64,000 nt of DNA from Chthoniobacterales bacterium (GCA_038207335.1 JBBQZX010000011.1:32001-96000); one strand, 5' to 3'; shown: positions 17,741 through 28,575, counted from the first letter of the stretch. Numbers and translations: made by a program. Notes: generated by a model not told the origin, from the sequence alone.

Positions 17741-18844
17741 CTAGTAAACCCCTTCGATGATCGTCTTCTCCATCGCGCCGAAAGGCCGCACCTCGGCGAC
17801 GCCGTCCCACGCATACGGCGCGCGCGGCTTGCGGCGGAGCGCCTCGTCGCGCTCGAGGAAGCGCGGCATGAAGAATTCCTTCGTCAAAGTGGTGAGTTCC
17901 ACGCGGCCCCAGGTGTCGTAGTCCACAGTCGTCGCCGTGTCTTTCGGATCCACCACACGGAGCACGGCGCGCGGCTGCGGCGCGTAGTAGGTGATGGAAA
18001 AATTGTCCTCCTTCGTCAGCGGGACCGAGGCCGCGAGGCCCATGAGCGTGTTACCGTAGGTGGGGTAAAATCCGATGCGATTTTCCAGCACCTCCTCCAC
18101 GATGAATCGCACATATTGCGGCAGCATCGTGGTGCCGCCGCAGAAGACGCCGCGGATACCGGATTCAAAGACGTCCACCTTTTCCGCGAGCGCCTCGAGG
18201 AGCTTCGGCGTGGTGAAAAGGCCGCTCACTTTTCGATGCTTCAGAATCATCGCGGCCTGATCGACGACGTGCTCCATGTAGGCCTTTGCCTCGTCGAATT
18301 TCTTGTTCGAGATGAGCTTCTTCACCCACCGCGGATCGAGGTCGATGAAGTAGCACGACGAGCCGCGCACATGAGCGAGATGCTCGATCGCGAGGCGCAG
18401 CCGGCGCGGGCCGGTCGGGCCCATCATGAGCCACGCACCACCGCGCGGAAAATGCTCGTCGGCGATCTTTTCGCTGAACTCCGAGTAGTCGGTCTTGTAG
18501 TCGGTCCAGCCGATGCGCTGCTTCGGCATCCCGGTCGTGCCGCCGGTCTCGAAGATATTGAAAGGCTGGCCTTTATACTGCGCCGGCACCCACACCTCGG
18601 GCTGGAGATCGCGCAGCCATTCGTCCTGGAAATGCGGGAACTTTTTGACGTCGTCGATGGTCTGGATTTCGGCGCGCGGATCGAAATTCTTCTTCGCCCA
18701 ATCGAGCCAAAACGGACACCCCGTCTCGGGAGAAAAATGCCACGCGACGATCTCGCGGAGATGGGAGTCGAGCTGCTGCCTGGCTTCGTCGGGAGTGATC
18801 TCGGTCATTTGGGAAAGGTGCGCGAAACTGCGGGCGGAGGGCAA
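17741..18844 (-). CDS. EhpF/GriC-type atypical adenylating enzyme (aryl-carboxylate activation)
   Basis: WHFSPETGCPFWL, ETGGTTGMPK P-loop, PTGP, IDLDPRWVK and C-terminal IEGVY match my recollection of Pantoea EhpF. The true start may be the internal Met of MTEITP. Confidence 0.75.
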   Translation of the reverse strand: MPSARSFAHLSQMTEITPDEARQQLDSHLREIVAWHFSPETGCPFWLDWAKKNFDPRAEIQTIDDVKKFPHFQDEWLRDLQPEVWVPAQYKGQPFNIFETGGTTGMPKQRIGWTDYKTDYSEFSEKIADEHFPRGGAWLMMGPTGPRRLRLAIEHLAHVRGSSCYFIDLDPRWVKKLISNKKFDEAKAYMEHVVDQAAMILKHRKVSGLFTTPKLLEALAEKVDVFESGIRGVFCGGTTMLPQYVRFIVEEVLENRIGFYPTYGNTLMGLAASVPLTKEDNFSITYYAPQPRAVLRVVDPKDTATTVDYDTWGRVELTTLTKEFFMPRFLERDEALRRKPRAPYAWDGVAEVRPFGAMEKTIIEGVY

Positions 18845-18856
18845 AACGAAAGAGCG

Positions 18857-20287
18857 TCAGCGAGGGCGCGAGGTAGAATCTTCAACTTTCCAATCCTCAA
18901 CGCCCCGGAGCGGACGCACGAATTTTCCGGGATTCAGAATGCCGCAGGGATCGAGGGCGGTTTTGAGGGCGGCGTGGACTTCGCGACTTACGGTGGAGGT
19001 GGCTTGCGGCCACCAGCGCTGCTTGGCGAGGCCGATGCCGTGTTCGCCTGTGATGACGCCGCCCCATGCGAGGACTTGGGTGAAAAGCTCGTCGAGCGCG
19101 TGCTCGACGCGGGCGTGCGTGGCGGCGTCTTCGTGGTAGTTCGCAGCCATGATGTTGACGTGAATATTGCCGTCGCCGGCGTGGCCGAAGCAGGCGACCG
19201 GATAGCCGTATTTTTTGCGGAGTTGCGCGGCGAAATTTGCGAGGTCCACGAGACGGCCGCGCGGGACGACAATGTCTTCGTTGAGCTTCGTGAGGCCAGT
19301 GGCTTTCAACGATTCGGAAAATTTGCGGCGCAATTCCCACAGCCGTTCGCACGCGGTTTCGCCGACGGCGGATTCGAGATGGAGTGCGCCGATTTTATTG
19401 AGCAATGCCGCGAGCGATTTGGCTTCCGATTTGACGGAGGCGGGCTGGCCGTCGAGGTCGACGAGGATATGCCCGGCACCCTCGGGGACGATCGCTTTTC
19501 CCAAATGCTCGCGCGCGGATTTCAGCGTAAAGCTGTCGGCGATTTCGAGCGCGGCGGGGAGGAAGCCGGCTCGGAAGACGGCCTGCACGGCGTCTGCCGC
19601 TTGGCGGAATGTTTTGAATGAAGCCGAGAGGCTCGCTCGCGCGGGCGGCAGCGGGAGCAGTCGCAGCGTGGCCTCGGTAACGACGCCGAGCAGGCCCTCG
19701 CTGCCGACGAAAAGGCCGAGCAGGTCGAAGCCGGTTTTGTTTTTGTGAGTGCGCCCCCCGGTGCGGAGGATTTCGCCGCTGGCGAGCACGACTTCGAGGC
19801 CGAGGATATATTGGCGCGTGACGCCGTATTTGAGGCAGCGCGGGCCACCGGCGTTGGTCGCGATGTTCCCGCCGATGCTGCAATCCTTCAGGCTCGCGGG
19901 GTCGGGCGGGTAGAAAAGTCCGCGCTTTCTCACCTCCGCCGCGAGCTGCCCGGTGATGACGCCGGGCTGCACGACCGCGACTCCGTCCTCGAAATGAATC
20001 TCCCGGATTTCACGCATCCGCGCGAGCGAGAGCGCGATGCCGCCGTGCGATGGCACGCAGCCGCCGACGTATCCGTAGCCCGCGCCGCGCGGCGTGACCG
20101 GAAGCTCGCGCTTGCTGGCAAAACGCATCAACTTCGCGACCTGCTCCGTAGATTCCGCGAAGACGACGACGTCCGGCGCGTGCCTCGCGAACCAGCGGTC
20201 CGTGCTGTGGACGGCGAGTGTCTCGGGCTCGGTGCTGACGGCGTCCGCGCCGAGCAGTCGGGTGAGTTGGCGCGCGAGTGGCGTCAT
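18857..20287 (-). CDS. FAD-linked 2-hydroxyacid oxidase (GlcD / D-lactate dehydrogenase family)
   Basis: PRGAG, YPPDPAS, IGGNIATNAGG, GSEGLLG, GHAGDGNIH, GEHGIG and LDP.GILNPGK. Confidence 0.92.
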   Translation of the reverse strand: MTPLARQLTRLLGADAVSTEPETLAVHSTDRWFARHAPDVVVFAESTEQVAKLMRFASKRELPVTPRGAGYGYVGGCVPSHGGIALSLARMREIREIHFEDGVAVVQPGVITGQLAAEVRKRGLFYPPDPASLKDCSIGGNIATNAGGPRCLKYGVTRQYILGLEVVLASGEILRTGGRTHKNKTGFDLLGLFVGSEGLLGVVTEATLRLLPLPPARASLSASFKTFRQAADAVQAVFRAGFLPAALEIADSFTLKSAREHLGKAIVPEGAGHILVDLDGQPASVKSEAKSLAALLNKIGALHLESAVGETACERLWELRRKFSESLKATGLTKLNEDIVVPRGRLVDLANFAAQLRKKYGYPVACFGHAGDGNIHVNIMAANYHEDAATHARVEHALDELFTQVLAWGGVITGEHGIGLAKQRWWPQATSTVSREVHAALKTALDPCGILNPGKFVRPLRGVEDWKVEDSTSRPR

Positions 20288-21000
20288 CGGCCGCGCCCGA
20301 AGATGAAGCGCTGGAGCGTGTTCCCGGTCCGCTCGATGACGTTTGGCCGGCGGCGATTTTCCTCGGGCGGCGGCTCGGCACGCTCGGCGACGATCACGGG
20401 CGGCTCCGCGGCGGGTGCGACGTAGCTACGAGCCTGTGGCTTGAATGCCTCTTTTTTCGCCACGACCCGCGTGGGCTCGGTCGGAAATCCCTCGTGCGAA
20501 ATAACGTCGCCTTTTCCCGCGGAGACGACGACCGCGCCAAGTTCCTTGCCCGCGTCATCGAGCCCACTCACGCGCCAGAGTGGCACCGCGCCCACGCCAT
20601 CGCGCCGCAGGCTGAAGCTCAGCGCGGTGACGTTCGCGGAGTTCGCCGCTGCGTATTCCTGGAGGATTTTCGCGGCGCGATCGGAGTCGATTTTGATCGC
20701 GTCGCCGCCGAGCAAATCGTCGGGCGTGAGAGTCTCGGCGAACTGCGAAATGCTGCGCGACGCGACGATCTCGCCGCCCGCGACGACGTATTCATGGACG
20801 CCATTTTCGGCATCTTTGTCGAAGACGAGGATGTGCCAGCGGTCAGGCTCCGGCGTGCCGTCGCGCGCCTCGATGCGCGCCACATGTTTCAGTTCGCCGC
20901 GCGGGAGGAGTTTTAGCGCGGTAAGCGCGGTGGAGGGGGCCGCCGCGAGCGCAGAGGCGGCGGCGAGCAGGGCGGTGAGAAAAATCGGAAGCGTGCGCAT
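20284..21000 (-). CDS. Hypothetical secreted protein
   Basis: Signal peptide [20 protein letters not shown] from the ATG at 21000. Its stop overlaps the start of the GlcD-like gene. Confidence 0.7.
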   Translation of the reverse strand: MRTLPIFLTALLAAASALAAAPSTALTALKLLPRGELKHVARIEARDGTPEPDRWHILVFDKDAENGVHEYVVAGGEIVASRSISQFAETLTPDDLLGGDAIKIDSDRAAKILQEYAAANSANVTALSFSLRRDGVGAVPLWRVSGLDDAGKELGAVVVSAGKGDVISHEGFPTEPTRVVAKKEAFKPQARSYVAPAAEPPVIVAERAEPPPEENRRRPNVIERTGNTLQRFIFGRGR

Positions 21001-21130
21001 TTTCGCGGAGGCGCAAGCTACCGACTCGCGCCAGTTTTCCAAATCGAATGGTAATTTCCTAGATCGCGGCGCGTGCGCGGGTAGGCAAAAAATCTCGACG
21101 GTGCGCGAAGCGGGCGCGCAGATTCAGCGG

Positions 21131-22342
21131 ATGATCATCAAGCCCAAAGTCCGCGGTTTTGTCTGCGTCACTGCGCACCCCGAAGGCTGTGCGGCGCATG
21201 TGCAGCAGCAGATCGATTTCGTGCGGGAAAAGGGGCCGCTTTCGGGGATGCCGAAACGTGTCTTGGTGATCGGCGCCTCGACGGGCTATGGGCTGGCGAG
21301 CCGCATCGTTCCAGCGTTTGCGGGCGGCGCGTCCACGCTTGGGGTGTTCTTTGAGAAGCCGGGCGAGGAGGGGAAAACGGCGAGCGCGGGGTGGTACAAT
21401 TCGGTCGCATTCGAGAAGGCTGCTCACGCCGCGGGACTCTACGCGAAGAGCATCAACGGCGACGCATTTTCCGACGCGATCAAGGAGCAGACGATCGCCA
21501 CGATCAAAGCGGATTTGGGGCAGGTCGATGCGGTGATTTACAGCCTCGCATCGCCGCGGCGCACGCACCCGAAGACGGGCGTCGTTTCAAAAAGCACGCT
21601 GAAGCCGGTCGGCCCGGCGTTCACCGCGAAGACGGTGGACACGGACAGACAGGTCGTGAGCGACATCACGATCCCGCCGGCGAATGAGCAGGAAATCGCG
21701 GACACGGTCGCGGTGATGGGCGGCGAGGATTGGGAGATGTGGATCGACGAGCTTGCCGCAGCGGGCGTGCTAGCGCCCGGCGCGCTGACGGTGGCCTACA
21801 GCTACATCGGGCCGGAGGTGACGCACGCGATCTACCGCGCGGGGACGATCGGCGCGGCGAAAGAAAACCTCGAGGCAACCGCGAAACGTCTGGCGAAACG
21901 GCTCGAGCCGGAGGCCGGGCGCGCTTTTGTGTCGATCAACAAGGCACTCGTGACACAAGCCAGCTCGGCGATCCCGGTCGTGCCGCTCTACATTTCGCTT
22001 CTGTATAAAGTGATGAAGGCGCACGGCACGCACGAGGGTTGCATCGAGCAAATCGAGCGGCTCTTTGCGGAAAATCTCGCGAATGGCGCGACTCCGAATC
22101 TCGACGAGTCGGGGCGCGTGCGAATCGACGATTGGGAGATGCGGCCGGAAATTCAGAAGGAAGTCGCGGAGGCGTGGCCGCTCGTGACGACGGAGAATCT
22201 CGGCGAACTCACGGACATCGTGGGATACCGCGCAGAGTTCCTGCGGCTGTTTGGGTTTGGGATGCCGGAGGTGGACTACGAGGCCGAGAGCGAGCCGGAG
22301 AGGCCGATGCCTTCAGCCGTAGCAAGCACGGCGTCCGATTAG
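21131..22342 (+). CDS. fabV: Enoyl-ACP reductase FabV / trans-2-enoyl-CoA reductase
   Basis: [64 protein letters not shown] and HEGCIEQ. True start is 21131, inside the 633-aa track ORF. Confidence 0.95.
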   Translation: MIIKPKVRGFVCVTAHPEGCAAHVQQQIDFVREKGPLSGMPKRVLVIGASTGYGLASRIVPAFAGGASTLGVFFEKPGEEGKTASAGWYNSVAFEKAAHAAGLYAKSINGDAFSDAIKEQTIATIKADLGQVDAVIYSLASPRRTHPKTGVVSKSTLKPVGPAFTAKTVDTDRQVVSDITIPPANEQEIADTVAVMGGEDWEMWIDELAAAGVLAPGALTVAYSYIGPEVTHAIYRAGTIGAAKENLEATAKRLAKRLEPEAGRAFVSINKALVTQASSAIPVVPLYISLLYKVMKAHGTHEGCIEQIERLFAENLANGATPNLDESGRVRIDDWEMRPEIQKEVAEAWPLVTTENLGELTDIVGYRAEFLRLFGFGMPEVDYEAESEPERPMPSAVASTASD

Positions 22343-22537
22343 GCCATCGTCACCGCTGGCCCATTCGCGATGATTTTTGCGGACATCTTCCCGATGTATC
22401 CCTCGGCATCGTCCTTTTGAAACAGGATGTGCCGCTCCTCGAATTCTCGCGGCGTCTTGAATTTATCTCACCAGTGAATCTGCCGGAACGACGCAGCCGA
22501 CTGGAAGGATCAATTCGGGGAAGAAGAATCTCATCCT

Positions 22538-23662
22538 CTACTTCACCCGATTGTCCGCCGGCCAAAGCATCTCTTCCCATGGGAGATCGTCGATATGCCA
22601 TGTCTCGGGAAGGAGACGGACGATGCGGCGGGGGCGGAAACCTTCGAGCAGGTTTTCAGGTTTGATCACAAGTTGCAGACTGCTGCTGCCGGGTGTCACG
22701 GGGAAATTCCGAATCTCCAGCAATTCGCAATACATGCGGTCGTTGATCTGATCGTAGGTGCGCAGGGAATCCTCCGCGACCAGGGCGGCGACACGGGCCT
22801 TGAGCTTAAAATCATCCGCGAGCGTCCGATTGAAGCCGTCGAACAGGGTCACCGCTACGAGGCTCTTTTCATTGTCCACCGTGTCGATCCAGCCGGGGAG
22901 GCCGTGCGTTTTTTCGTAGGCGCGATGCACTTCATTTTGGTGCGCGGACGCGAGTTGGCGGCACTCGTCGTCGAGCCAGATGTCGGTGCAACGCCCCGGA
23001 CCTTTGAGAGTGGCGACCGTGATGTTGAGGAGTATCGACTGACCGACGGTGAGGTCCGTCAAGGAACCAAAGCCATTGCCTTTCCAGATGAGGGTCGCGG
23101 GATTCAGCTTGAAAATCGTTGGTTTCGCATCGGCTTTTTGATCCGCCAACGACAGGCCCGTCACGGTGATCGTGCCTTTGTCGAGTTGCACGGCATCGAC
23201 GCGCCAGACGCGGTTCTGGCGCTGGTGAAAACTGAAATCGTCCTCGAGTCGGAACGCCTGTGTGTAGGCACCTTTGGCATCCTTGCCCGCTTTTGCATTC
23301 CAGTAGAATTCGCCATGCAAATGCGTGCCGATCGGGATGTCCCGCAGTTCGGCTGGTGCGCCGTGGAAACGAAGGGTGCCGTAGGGCAATATCGTGAAAA
23401 GCAGCGCGCGATCGTAGTCGTCGGTGCGTTGATCAACCCGCCGGTCGGGGCGTAGCTGCCCGGTGCGGTTGACGTGATCCAACTGAATCATTTCTCCCGC
23501 GAGGTAATGGGCCGAACCTTCCGGCGGAAATTGGCCGGGCTGAACTTCGTAGGGCGCCGGCTTTGGCCCCGGATCGGCGGCGAGCGCTGCCAGCCCGATT
23601 GCGCAACATCCAGCGGCGAGCGCGCGGAAGCCGAGGCGGATTGCGGTCATCCGGATTTTCAA
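22538..23662 (-). CDS. Hypothetical secreted protein associated with the DUF1552/DUF1592 pair
   Basis: Signal-like N-terminus; start overlaps the DUF1552 stop; intact 374-aa ORF with typical codon usage. Confidence 0.7.
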   Translation of the reverse strand: MKIRMTAIRLGFRALAAGCCAIGLAALAADPGPKPAPYEVQPGQFPPEGSAHYLAGEMIQLDHVNRTGQLRPDRRVDQRTDDYDRALLFTILPYGTLRFHGAPAELRDIPIGTHLHGEFYWNAKAGKDAKGAYTQAFRLEDDFSFHQRQNRVWRVDAVQLDKGTITVTGLSLADQKADAKPTIFKLNPATLIWKGNGFGSLTDLTVGQSILLNITVATLKGPGRCTDIWLDDECRQLASAHQNEVHRAYEKTHGLPGWIDTVDNEKSLVAVTLFDGFNRTLADDFKLKARVAALVAEDSLRTYDQINDRMYCELLEIRNFPVTPGSSSLQLVIKPENLLEGFRPRRIVRLLPETWHIDDLPWEEMLWPADNRVK

Positions 23663-25057
23663 ACCAGCTCCGACACCGGCCCGAGGCTGTCCACGAATGT
23701 CTCCGCATGGACATCCATTTTCTGCAACATGGTGAGGAGCAGGTTGCTCAGGTGCGCCTGACCGTTCACCGGCTTTCCGTAGATGCCGTAGTGTGCGCCG
23801 GCGTTCGCGAGATCGTAGGCGCCGAGCTTCGGCAGGTTGTAGTCAATGTGCCGACCGTGCTTGAACCCCAACGCGCTGCCGCCCGCGAGTATGGTCGGCA
23901 GGTTGGCATTGCCGTGACTGTGCCCGTAGCTCATGCCGCTTCCGAAAAGCACCATCGTGCGATCCAGCAGCGCCTCGTCGCCGTCGCGCGTTTCGGTTAG
24001 TTGATCGAGGAAATAGGAGAACTGCTCCGTGATGAAGGCGTCGCTTTTGCTCAGCCGCGCCATCACTTCCGGGTCACCGTTGTGATGCGAAAGCTCGTGC
24101 CGCGTTTGCGTGATGCCGATTTCGGGGATGGAGAGTCCATTGCCCTCCGTGCCGCTCATGTAGCTGATGACGCGGGTCATGTCCGTGCGAAGCGCGAGGA
24201 CGATAAGGTCATACATGGTGCGGTAGTATTCGCCGGCTTGCGCCTTGGAAACTTCGCGCTGGAAATGGCCGGTGACGGATGGGTCGAGCTTCGGTTTCGG
24301 CACATCGAGCCAGGCGTCGAGTCGTTCAGTGCGGACTTCGACCTCGCGGACGGCGGTGAGGTATTCATCGAGCTTGGTGCGGTCATCTCCGCCCAATCCG
24401 CGGCGCAGCGAACGCGCGTCATCGAGCACGGTGTCGAGCACGCTATGCCGGCGATTCAAATTGCGGCGCTGCTTTCCAAGCCCCCCTGCTCCTCGCCGAA
24501 CAGGCGGTTGAAAACATTGCGGGGATTGTCCTCGGCTGGCAGCGGAACACCGTCGCGCGACCAGGAAAGCGTGTTGATCACATTGCCCGGGGTGCCCGTT
24601 CCACTGGCGACGGAAAGCTCGAGCGAGGGAAACCGCGTCTCGACCGATGTAACCTCGGCCATCATTTGATCACACGAGACGCTGTTCCGATACGCGCCAC
24701 CTTCCTGGCTCAACTTCGCGCCCGTGAGCCAGAGATCGCCGCAAACGTGCGCCGTTCCGAGTCCGCCCGGATGGTGCAGCCCGCTGATCGGCGTGAGATT
24801 CCCGCGATGCCTTTCCAGCGACCGCATCGGCACGCTGAATTCGTAATCACGCCCGGCCTTCGTGATCTGCCAGGTGAGCACATCACGCCATTCGGAATGT
24901 AAACGAAGACCGCGCGCCGGGGTTTTGCCGCCGCTTCGGCCCCGCGGGCATGGAGCGGTTTCATGCAATCGAGCAAGGGCAGGGCGATGGTCGCGCCGAG
25001 ACCACGCAGAAAATGCCGCCGGTTCAGCAGCCAGCGTTGAGTGAGGATGTTGCTCAT
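23659..25057 (-). pseudogene. DUF1552-family Tat-exported protein, split by two 1-nt deletions
   Basis: [18 protein letters not shown]at motif, [25 protein letters not shown] and [10 protein letters not shown]. Frameshifts at about 24883 and 24474; adding one base at each site restores a continuous frame. Confidence 0.85.
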
Positions 25058-25072
25058 GGATTTAATTTCGGT

Positions 25073-27506
25073 TCAGCGGGTTTGGAAAAGTTCGGAGGTG
25101 ACGAGCGCTTCGACGATGTGTTTGAGCCGGTAGTCGAGCGATTTGCCTTTTCCCGCGAGCGAGGCAAGCGCGCGACGGTCATCAATCGTCATCGCCCGCC
25201 GCATCGCGTAAGTGGCGAGCTTTTCGACAAAGGCGGCGGCGAATTTATCGGTGTCGGCGACGAGCAGATGCTTGAATTCCGTCGCGTCGGCAAACTTGCG
25301 TCCGTCCGGCAGTTCGCCGCTCGCATCCACCCGCGGATTCTGGCCCTCGCCGTCGCGCACTACCTCCTCGGTGCGCCAGCGGCCGATCGCGTCGTAGTTG
25401 TCAAAGGCGAGGCCAAGCGGGTCGATTTTTCGGTGGCACGCCGCGCAGTTCGCGTCGCTTTTGTGTGCCTCGAGCTTCATGCGCAACGTCGCCTTGGGCT
25501 GTCCCGCCGGCGTCGGCTCGATCGGGGACCCGTTCGCCGGCGGCGGCGGAGGTGGCTTGTTGAAAATGGCTTCCAGAAACCATTTTCCGCGATGCACCGG
25601 ACGATGCCGCTGGCCATCCGAAGTCAGGCTGAGAACGCCGGCCTGCGTGAGCAATCCGCCCCGATGATCCTCGGGCCGCAACGCGACGCGCTGAAAGGCA
25701 TCCGTCTGCACGCCCGCGATGCCGTAGTGCTCGGCGAGCCGCGCGTTCAGCATGGTCAAATCCGAGGCGAGGAACTCGCGCACGCTCAGATTTTTTCCCA
25801 GCACTTCACGGAAAAACGCGGTCCCCTCGGCGATCATGCTCTTTTCCAAATACGCGTCGTAATCGGGATACAGCTTAGAGTCGGGAGGGAACATCCCGAC
25901 GTGCCGGAGTTGAAGCCACTCGCGCGGAAACCCGGTGGTGAATCGCTCCGCTTTCGGATCGCTGAGCATCCGCGCGACTTCACCGCGCAGGACCTCCGGC
26001 GCATGCAGAGTATTCGTTCGCGCGAGCTCGAAAAGCCCGTCGTCCGGCATCGTGCTCCAGAGAAAATAAGACAGGCGCGAGGCCAGTTCCCAGTCGTCCA
26101 GCCGTTGGACCGCGTGCTCCGGGGAACCCTCGACCAGATAGAGAAAGTCCTTGGCGCACAGCGTCGCGACGAGCGCCGTTTTGACTGCGGATTCAAACGT
26201 CTTGCCTTGGCTCATCTCGCTCTCTGCCAGCTTCACGAGGCGCTCGATTTCCGCTGGCCGCGCTGGCCGGCGAAAAGCGCGCTCCGCAAAATGCTTCAGG
26301 ATTTCCCGCGCCTGCGCCACGTCGCGAGCGCCCGACGGGAAGAGCGCCTTCTGTTGCGGAGTCGGGCACGCGGCTTGGAGCGGACCGGTGGTTTCCACGA
26401 AGTCCACGATGAGGAATGGCCGGAGCTGGACGCCTTCCTCATCGCTCAATTTCCACTGCCACGGCTGCTTTCCTGTGGCTGATTCCTTGATCGTCGTGAA
26501 AAAGCGCCCCGCATCATATCTACCGTGACGCGGCAAATTCGACGGGCCCGGTGCCTCGCAAGTCAGCCGGATGTCGTGATGCCCGGCGGGCACATGAAAG
26601 GTGAACTCGAGTGTCTTCGGCTGGTCCTCCGCAGTGACCACGTCCTCCTCGAACAGCATCCGGTCGAGATATTTCGCATACATGGAGATAGCGGCGCGCG
26701 GCCGTAGGGCGGTCATTCCGCTGAGCTTGATCCGCATCCGGTAATCGCCTGCGACCGGAACCTGATCCCCCAGATCCAGTCCATCGTGCGGCCAGAGTTC
26801 CACGCGCGCACGGTCAGCCAAGCCAAGTTGCTCCGCCTTTTACTTCTGCGATCCGTGATAGCGCCGGTCAAAGGGATCGCGGAATCGCTTCATCGCCTTG
26901 GGCGCGACATCGGGCAGCGCTTCGTTCAAGACCGACTCAGCCGCGGCCACATATTTTTCCACGTGCGCCGGGGACAGCGACAACACCGATCCGATTCGCT
27001 CACCCATGCCAGTCGGGATCTTCGGGCAGTCCGGTGGGATCGGTAGCGTCGAAATGCACGCCTAGCAGATCGTAGATGGAGTTCGCATATTCGGCGCGAG
27101 TTAGCTTGTGAAAGGTGACGCGCTCACGCCGCGCCATCCGCACGGCTTCCCCGTCCTTGAATTGTTCCGCGATCCATTCCGCCACGCGCGCAGGCTCCTC
27201 TGGTTTGGGTTGCGGCTCATCATCCGGTGGCATCTCCGCGGCGCTGATCCGCTCCAGCGCATCCGCCCAGTGCGAACCAGCGAGCGGCGCGGCGAAATCC
27301 CGCGACAGCGTGTCGAACCGCAAATCCCCTTTCTGCTTTTTCTCGCCATGGCAACGAACGCAATGCTCGGTGAAAAACGGCTCCACCGCACCGGAATCAT
27401 GGTTGGCAGCCATGGCTACGGTGGACGCCAGCAACCAGAGTCCTAGTGCGAACCCTCGGATCACGCGCCCCTGGGGCGCAAGTCGATGATCTTGCAGTTT
27501 GCTCAT
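25073..27506 (-). pseudogene. DUF1592/PSD-family planctomycete-type cytochrome c protein, disrupted
   Basis: HCVRCHG and CAACH heme motifs, ELASRLSYFLWSTMPD, RGGLLTQA and IDPLG.AFDNYDAIGRWR. Frameshift at about 27002 (WHG/ERIGSVL) and in-frame TAA at 26842-26840. Confidence 0.85.
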
Positions 27507-27889
27507 TTTGGACGAGATGCACTCTCTTACCAACCCCGCACGCGGCAGGCTTGAGGGCAAATACTTCGAATGGATGTTTTCTTCACCAAGTTTTTGTGGG
27601 CTCTTTACTGACGGGAGCCTCAGGCGCACGCTTCGCACCGGCGGCGACGGAAGGCTCCGAAGGATAAGCCCGCAGCACGGGTGCGAGAAAGGCCGGATGT
27701 CTCTCCGGGTGGGGAGGGAAGGGGGCTCCCACCCCCAATCACGTGAGCGTCAGGGGTCCACACAGGCAGCCCGCGCTCCAATCTTCCGCTTCGCCTGAAC
27801 GCCCGCACTCGCCACAGGGGAGCGCGTCCGCGACATCCGGCCGTCGGAAAAGGCATTCTATTGCTATAGATCCTTGGTATTCTAAACTC

Positions 27890-28108
27890 TTACCACGAAT
27901 CGAAACGCGCCCTGGAGCGGGCGTCTTCGCGTTCGTCGCGCTCCTGCCAGCGATCCTGGCGCCCCGAGGTGCGGGAATCCATACGGCTCTGTCGATTATC
28001 GAGTCCGGAGGCGCGCGCGTCTTGCACACCGGATGAGGAGCAGCCGGAAAGGAAAATGGATGCGCCGAGCAGGACGACGGCGGCAATGATGGAGGTGTGT
28101 AATTTCAT
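27890..28108 (-). CDS. Small lipoprotein (72 aa)
   Basis: Hydrophobic leader ending in the lipobox LSGC, followed by an R/D/S-rich mature peptide. Confidence 0.7.
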   Translation of the reverse strand: MKLHTSIIAAVVLLGASIFLSGCSSSGVQDARASGLDNRQSRMDSRTSGRQDRWQERDEREDARSRARFDSW

Positions 28109-28121
28109 AATGGAAAATGGG

Positions 28122-28526
28122 TCACGCCTTGCCTTTCGCGGCGCGGTGGCGGGCGAGGAACTGGCGGAGAAGGTCCTCGGGGGAGCCGCCTTGCACCCGT
28201 GACTTGTAGGCCTGCACGTCAGCTTGCGTCACCGGCAGTTCGCGGATGAGCGGTTTGCCGGCGAGGCTGGAGAGCGCTGCCAGCGCTTCGGCAGTAGTTT
28301 CAAAGACCACGTCGCCGGCTTCGCTGTCGGGGACGGTGCTACGGGCGAGTTCGTCGATCCAGAAGCCGTTGTGCTGGAGGTAGAACATGCGCATCCGGCA
28401 GTTCGGATCGCTGTGCGCGTAGCCTTCCTGCATGACGATGAGCGGGCTCTTCGGGTCGTTGGAGTCGAGCTTGATGAGCTTGCAGTCGTTGTAGTCGTTG
28501 GTGAGGACGCGAATCGGCGTGGGCAT
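28122..28526 (-). CDS. Hypothetical protein
   Basis: 134-aa ORF with GC3-rich codon usage, co-oriented with its neighbours, no recognised motif. Confidence 0.65.
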   Translation of the reverse strand: MPTPIRVLTNDYNDCKLIKLDSNDPKSPLIVMQEGYAHSDPNCRMRMFYLQHNGFWIDELARSTVPDSEAGDVVFETTAEALAALSSLAGKPLIRELPVTQADVQAYKSRVQGGSPEDLLRQFLARHRAAKGKA

Positions 28527-28575
28527 GGGGGTAATCTGATGATGATCGGTGGTCGAAGGGTATCGGACTTTGGTC

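Noticed and set aside
15428..18844. Phenazine or luciferase (luxCE) pathway
   Set aside because: No phzA-G or luxAB/luxD-like genes are in the window. Only the adenylase/reductase module is shared.
17408..19621. 737-aa plus-strand ORF, and similar long ORFs at 36060-38507, 38571-39962, 40043-41857, 24950-26482 and 8125-9465
   Set aside because: These are antisense shadows of well-supported genes in high-GC DNA, with no recognisable motifs.
18857..21000. GlcD-like and secreted hypothetical genes as part of the biosynthetic cluster
   Set aside because: They are co-oriented and close, but GlcD-type enzymes are common housekeeping genes. Membership cannot be supported without synteny data.
20441..22342. 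633-aa ORF as an N-terminally extended FabV
   Set aside because: The first 230 aa are the antisense of the 20284-21000 gene. FabV homology starts at the Met at 21131.
27640..27850. SRP RNA, 6S RNA or tRNA
   Set aside because: No SRP GNRA-loop/AGCAG domain, no cloverleaf and no clear 6S central bubble. Kept only as an unassigned structured element.
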